DNA of 64,000 nt from an uncultured Ignavibacteriaceae bacterium (GTDB taxonomy: Bacteria > Bacteroidota > Ignavibacteria > UBA10030): positions 25,160 through 89,159 of the forward strand of contig CAZYYD010000011.1 of NCBI GenBank assembly GCA_964651225.1, read 5' to 3'. Position 1 is the stretch's first letter. Each line of letters begins with the position of its first letter. Under the pieces are notes generated by a model that worked only from the letters and a program-made list of their open reading frames with translations, was not told the origin of the DNA and did not search any database. Below, piece after piece: positions 1 to 9,085 of this stretch. The position numbers were made by a program, and so were the translations under genes.

Positions 1-1105
1 CGAGATGAACTTCTGGCATTCGTGAAAGCGGAAGGCAAGATTCGATTCGATGAACTGCTCTGTCGGGATTTTGACTTCAAGAGACACTTCGCAGGACCTA
101 AACTGCGCCAGTACTTGAAGCTCGCGGGTGTCTCGAATGTCCTGGAGGCGAAGAAAATGCTGACAAGTTTAGGGGTCCTTTCTGTTCAAGCAGGAAGGAT
201 CTTCATGAACAATACGGGAGTTCTCTTCTTTTCAAAGCATCTGGAGAATCTATACACCCACACGGCGGTGGTCTGCGCACTGTACAAAGGGGTCGAGAAG
301 GTCGATGTCCTGGATAGAAAGGACTTCAATGAGGATGTGGCTTCCAATATTGATGAAGCAATGATCTTTCTAGAACGGCATCTTTCTGTGCGCTATGAAA
401 TCACCGGCGCCCTGCAGAGGAGAGAAGTGCCCGTCCTTCCTTTGGAGGCCTTACGGGAAGCGGTAGTGAACGCGGTTGCACACCGTGATTACTTCGAGCG
501 GGGTGCGAATATTATGGTCGAAATATTTGACGACAGGGTGGAGATCACTAATCCCGGAGGGCTGGCGAAAGGATTTCATAAGGAAGATTTCGGAAAGCGC
601 AGTGTCCTCCGGAACCCTAACATTGCCTCCCTGCTCTATCGCATGAAATACAGCGAGAAAATGGGGACGGGCATAGGACGGATGCGGAAGCTTCTGCGAG
701 AGGCGGGACTTCCGAACCCACTATGTTGATTTTCATAATTTCTTCCGTGTCACTTTCAGATTTTCTAAAAAACCTAACAATGTCATGAGAATCGGTGATC
801 TCCTTGTTGAAGCTCTGAATGAGACTATCCGTGAGGGAATAGATGAGGGAATAAATGAGGGAATAAAAGCGAGATGGATTCAGTATCTTGTCCACTTTTC
901 TCAAGAAAAATACATTACGACCGCCCAGATGAGAGCCTTGGCGCAAGTATCTGCCGCGACGGTCGAACGGGACATAGTGTCTTTGAAAAAACTAAAACTT
1001 GTCAGGCTAGAAGGTGCAAGAAAATCAGGAAAATATGTTCTTGATATAAAGGGGAAGGAGATAATCTGCCCACGAACGAAGAATGGACACAATAAATCTG
1101 ATTGA
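1..1105 (+). pseudogene. AlbA_2/HATPase_c_4-type ATP-binding protein with C-terminal wHTH (family often annotated RecG-like helicase or transcriptional regulator); 5' end off-window, reading frame broken
   Basis: Frame 1 is open from nt 1 to TGA 727-729 and carries the family ATPase-like block (REAVVNAVAHRDY..VEITNPGG..RNPNIASLLYRM..EKMGTGIGRM). The expected continuation (HYVDFHNFFRVTFRFSKK, then wHTH TTAQMRALAQVSAATVERDIVSLKKLKLV) is in frame 2 from nt 719 to 1105. A 1-nt shift near 712-721 therefore splits the gene. Confidence 0.6.
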
Positions 1106-1235
1106 ATGATATCGGGACAGTGATACAGTGTAGGAGTCGATAGGGAAGATGACTCAACTTTCAGATTCAAATGGATACGATTGAGGTCCAAGAGAATGAA
1201 TGTTGCACAGGTGAAAGGCGAAAGGAGTTTAGGCT

Positions 1236-1799
1236 ATGAAAGTGTATCTCGATGGTGCACGGCCGCTGGATGAGAACCATCGGCCCGAGGACGGTTGGGT
1301 GAGGGTGGAAAGTGTGCGGGAATCCATTACTCTGCTCAAGACTGGTTTCGTCATAGAGATAAGCATTAATAACGAACTCGGTGATCCATATACAAAGAAC
1401 GAAGGATATCGGATCTTGCGTTGGTTGGAGGAGCAGGTGATGAGGACCAACTTCAATCCGCCGGAGGTCATGAATGTTCATGCTGCCAGCCCAGCACGGA
1501 TGTCCATGATGCTGGAAAAGATTCAATTGATCAAACGAAAGGTGGACGAGCGTACCTGGCGATTCGAGCACCCGATCCATCATGCCATCCTGGGGTATTC
1601 GTGGGAATTTCCTGCTCCCTTTAGTCAACGGCTGCTGAATCGTATTGCACCCGTTTTGAAAAATGAACTTGGGATGAAAGGACTCGAACTTGACTCCGTC
1701 ACCACCGACCCCATCGAGCAAGACGATATCCTGGCAGAGTCCACGAATATGAAAATCGTTCTGAATATTCAAGCGACAACGTTATGCTGCAGACCTTAG
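1236..1799 (+). CDS. Hypothetical protein with N-terminal receiver-like (phage-associated cpREC-type) domain, degenerate acidic pocket
   Basis: 187-aa ORF with RBS aaaggag at 1221-1227, 8 nt before the ATG. The N-terminal ~100 aa follow the remembered pattern MK.YLD..R....GW..V.S..E.I.LL..G....IS...ELG....GY..L.WLEE......PP...VH...P. The usual DHDLG is INNELG here. It overlaps a 201-aa minus-strand ORF that has no recognisable motifs. Confidence 0.5.
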   Translation: MKVYLDGARPLDENHRPEDGWVRVESVRESITLLKTGFVIEISINNELGDPYTKNEGYRILRWLEEQVMRTNFNPPEVMNVHAASPARMSMMLEKIQLIKRKVDERTWRFEHPIHHAILGYSWEFPAPFSQRLLNRIAPVLKNELGMKGLELDSVTTDPIEQDDILAESTNMKIVLNIQATTLCCRP

Positions 1800-1977
1800 G
1801 GATTACCCAAGGAGTCTCTCTTTGAGAGGTTTCTCTATCACGGAAAAATCGAGGTCGAATCTATGAACCTGGTAGGTAAACACTGTTCATTCTGCAATGG
1901 TAAGATTCATGAATTTAGGAATAGTCAGGCTCATGCCGGTGAAAAAGCTGCGATGATTTGCCCGAAGGAGGTCGATT

Positions 1978-2664
1978 ATGAAAAAGTTGCCCTCGCAAAC
2001 TAAATTGATGAAAACACAATCTACAAAGACGCGTCAAGTTGCTCACAGCCGCTATGCTGAAGTCAGTTCCCTGATTGAATCGGCACGTGATCAGGTAGCG
2101 CAAGCGGTTAATTCAAAGCTTGTGTTGTTGTACTGGCAGATCGGCACATTGATCCGGAAGAACGTCTTGGGTGAAGAGCGAGCTGAATACGGACAACGAA
2201 TCGTCTACACACTGAGTATACAATTGATGCAAAAATATGGATCTGGTTTTTCAGAAAAAAGTCTTCAACGTATGATTCAATTTTCCGAAGTGTTTCCTGA
2301 GCAAAAGATTGTCGCATCACTGATGCGACAATTGAGCTGGACACATTTCTTGGAACTTATACCGTTCAAAGATCCACTTCAACGTGATTTCTATGTCGAG
2401 ATATGCTGTATTGAACGATGGAGCGTACGCACACTGCGAAAAAAAATCTCCGGTATGCTCTATGAACGCACCGCCATTTCCAGGAAACCGGCAAAGCTCA
2501 TTAAACAGGAATTGAAATCTCTCCGGAAGCAAGACACACTGACCCCCGGTCTTGTCTTTCGTGATCCGTACTTTTTAAGCTTTCTCGGACTGAAAGACAC
2601 TTACAGTGAGAAGGATATCGAATCGGCAATTCTCAGAGAAAAAGATGAATTTGCAGAATGTTAG
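1978..2664 (+). pseudogene. DUF1016/YhcG-family protein, N-terminal part only (PD-(D/E)XK nuclease domain missing)
   Basis: The translation shows the typical DUF1016 N-terminus (VNSKLVLLYWQIGTLIRKNVLGEERAEYGQRIV..LS..L...YGSGFSEKSLQRMIQF..QLSWTHFLELIP..DPLQRDFY....ERWSVRTLRKKI..MLYERT...FRDPYFLSFLGL). It stops at ..DIESAILREKDEFAEC*, where full-length members continue with FLLELG.GFAF and the nuclease core. Length is 228 aa versus roughly 340-370 in my memory of the family. Confidence 0.6.
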
Positions 2665-2825
2665 GGATATGTCTCTTTTTAAATGCAGAAGAGGGCTTAA
2701 ATGGGATACCGATATTGTTAGTGTTCTGGATCTTTGAACGTTGGGAAATTGTGAGCAAGTATAATCCAAACTTGACAGTTGTTCAAATATTATGTATGTT
2801 CATAATAAATGAACAGAACAATATT

Positions 2826-3872
2826 ATGAACAATTCTTCTATGAAAACCCATACGAGAAACGAAGCTGATATTCTACATAAGGCTCTTGAGGCTTTCGAG
2901 AGAGGAACTGGTTTTAAAACTAAATATTCAGAAGAACATCAAGTTGTTCTTTCCCCCTATCATAAAGGCATATTGCAGATAGGAGAGTCGAATTCCACTC
3001 AGGTACTGAACGTTGAAATCAAACTCACAATGAATGAATTTGTTCTCGGAAAACTTGTTGCACAAAATCGTCTCAACCCCGAATCGAACATTCTTGTCAC
3101 AAGATACATGCCCCCTTATCTAGCAAAAAGGATGAAGGATCTCCATCTCCAGTTCATTGATACGGCAGGCAATGCGTATGTTAACAGACCGCCACTGCTC
3201 ATCTTCATGTATGGCAACAAAGTTGCACATGTGCAGGATGAAGACACCACAGGAAATCTTTTTGGATCCGCCGGTATCCGCGTCGTGTTTGCACTTCTCT
3301 GTAAGCAGAATATGGAGCAGAGCACATACAGAGACATTGCCGCTGCGGCAGGTGTTGCGTTGGGCACAGTTGCAGGTGTCATGAAGGATCTGGCCCAGCA
3401 ACGGTATCTTCTTGAACTCGCTGATCGAGGAAGAATCTTGGTCAAAAAGGAAGATCTTGCCGATAAATGGATTGACGCATACATCAGTAGGTTTCGCGGT
3501 AGAAGATTGATCGGCAGGTATGCGGCACATCGGGAGCACTTCTGGCGTGACAGTGATTTGGGTCCGCTGACGGCCAAGTGGGGAGGGGAAGTCGCAGCGC
3601 AGAAATTGACTCACTACCTGAAGCCGGAGATTATTACCATCTATACGCATGTACCGGTGGATGGTCTTGTCATGAATCTGAAGCTGAGGAAGGACGACAA
3701 AGGTCCGATTGAACTACGGGAACAGTTTTGGGACTTTGATTTTGAAACAGAGAACAAACATACTGTCCCACCCCTCCTCGTCTATGCTGATCTTATGGCG
3801 GTGGGAGACACGCGAACACTCGAAACAGCAGAAATGGTCCATGAGGAGTTTCTCAAAAAATATTTCCAATAA
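2826..3872 (+). CDS. AbiEi-like (type IV TA) antitoxin / HTH regulator
   Basis: The ORF track gives 2658-3872; the plausible start is ATG 2826 (MNNSSMKTH). There is an internal HTH-like segment STYRDIAAAAGVALGTVAGVMKDLAQQRYL. The C-terminal VPPLLVYADLMAVGDTRTLETAEMV matches my recollection of AbiEi-type antitoxins. The 3' end overlaps the downstream nucleotidyltransferase gene by 32 nt. Confidence 0.55.
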   Translation: MNNSSMKTHTRNEADILHKALEAFERGTGFKTKYSEEHQVVLSPYHKGILQIGESNSTQVLNVEIKLTMNEFVLGKLVAQNRLNPESNILVTRYMPPYLAKRMKDLHLQFIDTAGNAYVNRPPLLIFMYGNKVAHVQDEDTTGNLFGSAGIRVVFALLCKQNMEQSTYRDIAAAAGVALGTVAGVMKDLAQQRYLLELADRGRILVKKEDLADKWIDAYISRFRGRRLIGRYAAHREHFWRDSDLGPLTAKWGGEVAAQKLTHYLKPEIITIYTHVPVDGLVMNLKLRKDDKGPIELREQFWDFDFETENKHTVPPLLVYADLMAVGDTRTLETAEMVHEEFLKKYFQ

Positions 3873-4698
3873 GCTCGATCCCGCAATCGCCAAGGTCCTT
3901 ATTGACTTAGCGGAAATAACTGCCAAGCATGCACTGCCATTCCTTGTCGTGGGTGCAGTAGCAAGAGATATTGTCTTCGGGGCTCTCTATGACATTCCAA
4001 CAACACGGGCAACATTGGATGTTGATCTGGGTCTTCGCATTAATACGTGGGATGATTTCGAGTGTGTCGTGAACGATCTGGTAAACTTGAAATCCTATCA
4101 GAAAGACAGGAAACAGATTCAACGGTTAAACTCCTCTGGGATCATCATCGATATCATCCCATTTGGACCGTTGGAGAACCCGGCCGGTTCGATCAGCTGG
4201 CCGCCTTCCTTCGACATGGTGATGAAGACCGCCGGATTCGACGAGGCATTGCGTACTGCAATCGATGTGCGAATTTCGAACGATCCAGAGGTGCTCGTGA
4301 AGGTGAGCATGCCTGCAGCATTGGCTGTTATGAAGTTATGTGCATGGAAGGACGATTATCCGAAACGGAAGAAAGACGCTCTTGATCTCAGATACCTTCT
4401 TACAAAATATATCAGTGCCGGCAATGATGTGCGTCTTTATTCCTCCGATGAAGACTTGCTTGCCGAACATCTTGACTATGATCTTGCCAGCGCGCGCCTC
4501 CTTGGGAGAGATGTTCAAGACATCTGCACACCGGCAATGCGCAGCACCATGCTCGGAATTCTCGCCGAGGAACTATCAAACAATTCCGCGTTACGACTTC
4601 TGGGCGATATGATGAACTATGATGAGCCGTCGGCGGAATCCGTGTTTCAATTGCTCAAGCAGTTTCAGAGGGGCATAGAAGAAAACCGAAATCAATAG
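3841..4698 (+). CDS. Nucleotidyltransferase, AbiEii/AbiGii (MenT-like) toxin family
   Basis: In-frame ATG at 3841 (MRSFSKNISNKLDP) lies inside ORF 3709-4698. The NTase signature is VVGAVARDIVFG....TRATLDVDLGL (G-x-x-x-R-D ... D-x-D). It is gene-paired with, and overlaps, the upstream HTH gene. Confidence 0.65.
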   Translation: MRSFSKNISNKLDPAIAKVLIDLAEITAKHALPFLVVGAVARDIVFGALYDIPTTRATLDVDLGLRINTWDDFECVVNDLVNLKSYQKDRKQIQRLNSSGIIIDIIPFGPLENPAGSISWPPSFDMVMKTAGFDEALRTAIDVRISNDPEVLVKVSMPAALAVMKLCAWKDDYPKRKKDALDLRYLLTKYISAGNDVRLYSSDEDLLAEHLDYDLASARLLGRDVQDICTPAMRSTMLGILAEELSNNSALRLLGDMMNYDEPSAESVFQLLKQFQRGIEENRNQ

Positions 4699-4892
4699 GA
4701 AGCAAATTCGTCATGCTGGAAACCATGGGAACGCCGGAACGTCATTTTGAGGGGCAGGTCACAACCAGAATGTACTGAAGAAGAGAAGAATAAATGAACT
4801 CAAAACAACAATCGGCTTTCATAAAGTTTATTTAACATCACCTCGCATTCCTCTCTGGGTGCGACTTCTGTATTATCTATTCTCAAACTCCA

Positions 4893-5157
4893 GCAATTTC
4901 TATAGGAACTTCCTAGAGAAGCTGCCGTTCTTCCCTGACATTATCTCAACCATTTACGATATTAAGACAGACGATCGAGTAAGCATTTTCTTTGAGGCAC
5001 AAGAATGAATAAACAACATCAAAAATATAAGGACATGTAATTCATAATGACCATCATCACATGCATCACTATCAATATTTCATCGCAGCAGAGGGCTTCC
5101 AACATGATGTGGACAAGTTCCTCGAACAGATCCCAAGGCTGGAAGGTGAGCATCTCG
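4893..5157 (+). repeat. Decayed cassette-head repeat, copy A (palindrome + spacer + N-terminal coding remnant)
   Basis: Aligns by eye with 5686-5923: it starts with ctataggaacttcctagagaagctgccgttcttccctgacatt. About 140 nt later it has ATG 5061 encoding MHHYQYFIAAEGFQHDVDKFLEQIPRLEGEHL (55-aa ORF ending 5228), which parallels MHLYQYFSIAKGFRYDMDTFLEQIPVQERVHL of copy B. Confidence 0.6.
4900..4918. repeat. Island palindrome copy (ctataggaacttcctagag)
   Basis: AGGAA-N-TTCCT core with extended inverted arms, in an intergenic spacer. Confidence 0.7.
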
Positions 5158-5685
5158 TCATTACAAGATTGTGCAGGCACTGTCTGCACAATTATAATGG
5201 TCGTACGATTTTATTCTCTGGCCGATGAGTTGATAATGGGTTCTCTGAAAATCAATCAATCCAACCCAATTATGATAGACAATACCCTCTATGATGGCGT
5301 AAAAACTAAGGAATTGTAAATAGGCTTGGATAAATAAAGAAATGAAGTCAATAATGCCTTGGAATTTTTCAATAATTGTTTAAAAAAATGGCGGCGGGCG
5401 ATTTGAAAGAATATTCAGTGAAGGATGATAGTTTTTTGCTTCTAGGTTTCCAAGCCGTGCACCATGGCAAGAGGAAAATACAAGAAAAGGATTGTGGCAT
5501 ACCGCCAACACCTCTCTCCTCATGCGGATCATCAACTATTGGTTACTTCCGTCGCTTTCAGTTTCCCCAGGTATATCGTTTACCTTCTTTGCGACAAGCG
5601 GTGGGCGGATCTTTACGAACGGTTCTGAGAGGAAATGAGTGAATTTGCCGCTCACATCCTCCTCGATTTCGTGATAGGCCTTCCA

Positions 5686-5923
5686 AAATTCCATAGGAAC
5701 TTCCTATTGAAGCAGTCGTTCTCCCGTGACATTCTCGCCGCCCTTTACCATATTGATTTAAACAGATCGGGGAGATGAATACCTTGAAACAGAAGCATCT
5801 AGATTGAAATAATCCATAAGGATCGCCATGCATCTCTATCAATATTTTTCCATTGCAAAGGGTTTCCGGTATGATATGGACACCTTCCTCGAACAGATTC
5901 CAGTGCAGGAGCGTGTGCATCTC
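5686..5923 (+). repeat. Cassette-head repeat, copy B
   Basis: ccataggaacttcctattgaagcagtcgttctcccgtgacatt... followed by ATG 5828. It is homologous to 4893-5157 at both nucleotide and translated level. Confidence 0.6.
5691..5709. repeat. Island palindrome copy (ccataggaacttcctattg)
   Basis: Same core, intergenic. Confidence 0.7.
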
Positions 5924-6328
5924 GGGAGTCCTTTTTCGATCCAGCCGGTCTTTTTGAAGCGGAAGAATCTGCATTTCATCTATGGAACGGAAAGGTTCAA
6001 GCTGTTCATTCTGGCGCTCTATTATTCTTTATTGTTTCAAGAGGTCATGCGCAGCTCTTTTCCGGAACATGAAAAGAATATACCTTCATCGTCCATCTTC
6101 CCGGGTTATTGGGGTCCATGCGATTCCTTCTGCAGGGAGAGGCTGCATCCGAAGGCCCTTCTTCCGCAGAAGGGTGATCTGGAAGAAAAGGAGATATATG
6201 CGTACATCACCCAGGCTCAGCCGGATATGCGGTCTCTTTCAGAACGACTGCTCAAAGACTTTCAAATTGACATAGATCATAAAATGTTTTGGAGGAAAAT
6301 GATGGAAGAACTAAGATCTGTCAGGTGA
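5828..6328 (+). CDS. Hypothetical protein (166 aa), paralogous to the truncated ORF at 5061-5228
   Basis: ORF from the track. Its only support is the conserved N-terminus shared with copy A. I recognised no domain and it may itself be decayed. Confidence 0.3.
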   Translation: MHLYQYFSIAKGFRYDMDTFLEQIPVQERVHLGSPFSIQPVFLKRKNLHFIYGTERFKLFILALYYSLLFQEVMRSSFPEHEKNIPSSSIFPGYWGPCDSFCRERLHPKALLPQKGDLEEKEIYAYITQAQPDMRSLSERLLKDFQIDIDHKMFWRKMMEELRSVR

Positions 6329-6526
6329 AATATGATCGCGTTCAAACTATAATAGAAGGGCATCGATTTCTGACTAGAATCAACGAAAAAAAGCCCTTAT
6401 TTCGGCGAAAATCAGGAAATTGTAACCATTTATTGACTTTGAGATCATTTTTACTATCTTAATATAAGCGATTAAACTTAATTAAATAGATTCATTAATT
6501 AAAGATAAGGCATTATGTTTTATTAA

Positions 6527-7693
6527 ATGGTTAGTCCAATAATTGCAATCATGGATATAAAAGATTTCTTCGCCGGAAATTATATACAACAGTATCAATA
6601 CAAAAGCTTCTCACCTTCAAAGATCAACAAGGAGTGGGTGTGGACCGATCCGCAGCTTAACACCCTGCTTTCTGAGGCCAACCTTAAGCTTGGAGCACTG
6701 AACGCATATTCGCTTCAAGTTCCCAATGTAGATCTCTTCAGAGAGATGTACGTTCTGAAGGAGGCCACGACATCAAGCCGTATTGAGGGAACAAGGATAG
6801 AGGTTGAAGAGGCAATACTGAAGGAGAAGGATGTCCGGCCCGAGAAAAAAAACGACTGGCAGGAAGTGCGGAACTATATTGCTGCGATGAATTTTGCGGT
6901 AGAGAAGCTCGTGCAGTTGCCCGTATCGACACGGCTCCTGAAGGAGACCCTTGCGTTTTTACTTCCCGGCTCTTTGGATAGCGAAAGAATTCCCGGGAAA
7001 TACCGGACCAGCCAGAATTGGATCGGAGGGGTCACACTGAAGGATGCAGTCTTCGTGCCTCCGCATCCCGAAGAGGTGAAGGATCTCATGGAGGACCTTG
7101 AACAGTTTCTTCATAATGGAGCCCTTCATGTTCCGCCGTTGATCCGCATCGCACTGGCACATTATCAATTTGAGACCATCCATCCGTTCCTTAATGGAAA
7201 CGGAAGGATGGGGCGGCTCCTTATTACGCTCTATTTGGTCGGGGAGCGTCTGCTGTCGAAACCGACGTTCTATCCGTCTGCGTATCTGGAAAAACACAAA
7301 GGCCTGTATTATGACAATTTAACGACGGCACGAAGATCTAATAATCTGACCCAGTGGGTCAAATATTTCCTTGTGATGATCATCGAGACCTGTGAAGACG
7401 GTGTGAAAACATTCCAGAACATCCTACGGCTGCGCGAGGAGATCGAAGGCCGGCAGATACTTTCTCTCGGAAGAAAGGTCCCGAAAGCGAAAGAATTGAT
7501 GACGCTGTTGTACACAAGTCCCGCGGTCAACGGCGTGGCGGTCTCGAAGGCATTAAAGATCTCCCTCCCGACGGCGAATGCGCTGATAGACGACTTTGTG
7601 GGGCTGGGCATTCTGAAAGAATCAACAGGACTGAAGCGGAACCGGCTCTTTGTGTTTACAGAGTATTTGAATCTTTTTCAGAACAAGGAATAG
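6527..7693 (+). CDS. Fic/DOC family protein with Fic_N region and C-terminal wHTH
   Basis: Fic motif HPFLNGNGRMGR (the HxFx[D/E]GNGRxxR position carries N). N-terminal ..KEATTSSRIEGTRIE.. block. C-terminal wHTH AVSKALKISLPTANALIDDFVGLGILKE. An alternative start is ATG 6551. Confidence 0.85.
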   Translation: MVSPIIAIMDIKDFFAGNYIQQYQYKSFSPSKINKEWVWTDPQLNTLLSEANLKLGALNAYSLQVPNVDLFREMYVLKEATTSSRIEGTRIEVEEAILKEKDVRPEKKNDWQEVRNYIAAMNFAVEKLVQLPVSTRLLKETLAFLLPGSLDSERIPGKYRTSQNWIGGVTLKDAVFVPPHPEEVKDLMEDLEQFLHNGALHVPPLIRIALAHYQFETIHPFLNGNGRMGRLLITLYLVGERLLSKPTFYPSAYLEKHKGLYYDNLTTARRSNNLTQWVKYFLVMIIETCEDGVKTFQNILRLREEIEGRQILSLGRKVPKAKELMTLLYTSPAVNGVAVSKALKISLPTANALIDDFVGLGILKESTGLKRNRLFVFTEYLNLFQNKE

Positions 7694-7780
7694 GAACGAA
7701 GATGTTCCCGGGGTAGGTCAGTTGATGCGTCGGTTTTATCCGACAACAATTTATTCATTTATTGAAAGGAGGGATGGAGT

Positions 7781-8398
7781 ATGGCATTCACGGCATTTGA
7801 AGAACTGAAAATGGAATATCGGGCGCTTCAATTGATTGCAATTCTGGTTGAGTCAAAGCTTAGAAACGAAACCGGCATTTCTGCAGCCCAAATCGTCCAG
7901 GAAATGGAAAAAAGAATAGGAGAAAAATTCTATGGCGACAATATCCATACTTTGATTGAACAAATTGCGGAAACATGGAATTACGGCAACATCAACATTA
8001 CCGTGGAACACATTGAAAGAGCAGGAACGATTCCAGCGGATAGGCGTGTGCCGTTATACAGACTTAGAGATGATTTTACGATTGAGATGTGGAATCAACT
8101 CTTGAGAGTGGCATTCTGTGTAGCCTTCCTCAAGCATGGGTTAATGAAGCCGCTGGAAGCGCAGAACCCGCTCTCTGAGAGAAAAGAAGAAGACTATTTA
8201 CATATGATGAACCTCGTTACAGCATTAGAGAAGAACTCAGAAATACATACAAAGGGCGCGGATACTGGAATTCGAAATCGATTTAAACCTAAGAATATTG
8301 TATTGAAAGTTCCCCCGTTCGTCCAATATGATTCAAGATTTGGGCCTGAAGAAGAACGTTTAGATCTATTGTTAAAAGGGGGCATAGATCTCGTTTAG
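7781..8398 (+). CDS. Hypothetical protein (205 aa), possible N-terminal wHTH
   Basis: RBS-like aaaggaggg lies upstream of the ATG. It sits 88 nt downstream of the Fic gene on the same strand. I recognised no family. Confidence 0.5.
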   Translation: MAFTAFEELKMEYRALQLIAILVESKLRNETGISAAQIVQEMEKRIGEKFYGDNIHTLIEQIAETWNYGNINITVEHIERAGTIPADRRVPLYRLRDDFTIEMWNQLLRVAFCVAFLKHGLMKPLEAQNPLSERKEEDYLHMMNLVTALEKNSEIHTKGADTGIRNRFKPKNIVLKVPPFVQYDSRFGPEEERLDLLLKGGIDLV

Positions 8399-8495
8399 TA
8401 GAATGCGCTCTTCTAACAAACCGTTCTCTTTGACCAAGGCGTACTTATATTGCCAAGTACGCCTTGGTCTTTTCTTGTCAATCCCACCATAATAT

Positions 8496-8514
8496 CTGTA
8501 GGAACTTCCTCTGA
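8496..8514. repeat. Island palindrome copy (ctgtaggaacttcctctga)
   Basis: AGGAACTTCCT core, 160 nt upstream of the Fic remnant start. Confidence 0.65.
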
Positions 8515-8673
8515 GAGGGGCCTATTGGTCTTGCTTAATTTCACAATCCTGAGCATCTTACTCAAGAAGAGATTGGTATGTATCTGATCCATTGTGGCAA
8601 AGGAGGAATTCTCTTATGAATGCACCATTGCATCTCTTTCTAGTTCCATCTACTTGTACTTAACCAATGCTCG

Positions 8674-9083
8674 TTGGACACAATGCCCTTCAAAGCTCAT
8701 GCCCCGTATAATGATCTGCCAAAATTACCTCCAAAGGTAATTCTGGAAACTTCGCGTGTTCTCAAAAAAGTGACGGCTGCCCGGAGTAGCCTTGGAGAAT
8801 TAAAAGGCATAGGAAAACTCTTACCCAGCCAAAGACTCTTGCTGAACACATTGATACTGGAAGAAGCGCGTAACAGCTCCGAGATAGAGAATATCATCAC
8901 TTCTCATGATAGTCTCTATCGGGCGCTTGTATTAGGCTCGAAGAACTTCTTGATCAGCTCGCAAAAACCGGAATTCTGAAGAAGTCTAAGACAGGCAAGG
9001 AGGTTCTTTTTCTCAACAAGAAACTCCTCGATGTATTTTCAAAGAATCCTTATGTCGGTGCTAGAATCCGTGCATTCTACTGA
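8674..9083 (+). pseudogene. Fic family remnant with internal deletion of the catalytic domain
   Basis: Frame A (8674-8979) encodes a Fic_N-type N-terminus (LPKLPPKVILETSRVLKKVTAARSSLGELKG...EEARNSSEIENIITSHDSLYRAL). From about 8937 a different frame encodes the family C-terminal wHTH (LEELLDQLAKTGILKKSKTGKEVLFLNKKLLDVFSK..) up to TGA 9081-9083. The HxFxxGNGR core is absent. Confidence 0.6.
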
Positions 9084-9085
9084 TA

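Noticed and set aside
1167-1772. 201-aa minus-strand ORF overlapping 1236-1799
   Set aside because: The + strand ORF has an RBS and a recognisable receiver-like pattern. The minus-strand product has neither.
4901-4911. 11-nt identity (ATAGGAACTTC) between the island palindrome and an arm of the yeast 2-micron FRT site
   Set aside because: The match is short, no Flp-like recombinase gene is present, and the spacer architecture differs. I treat it as coincidence.
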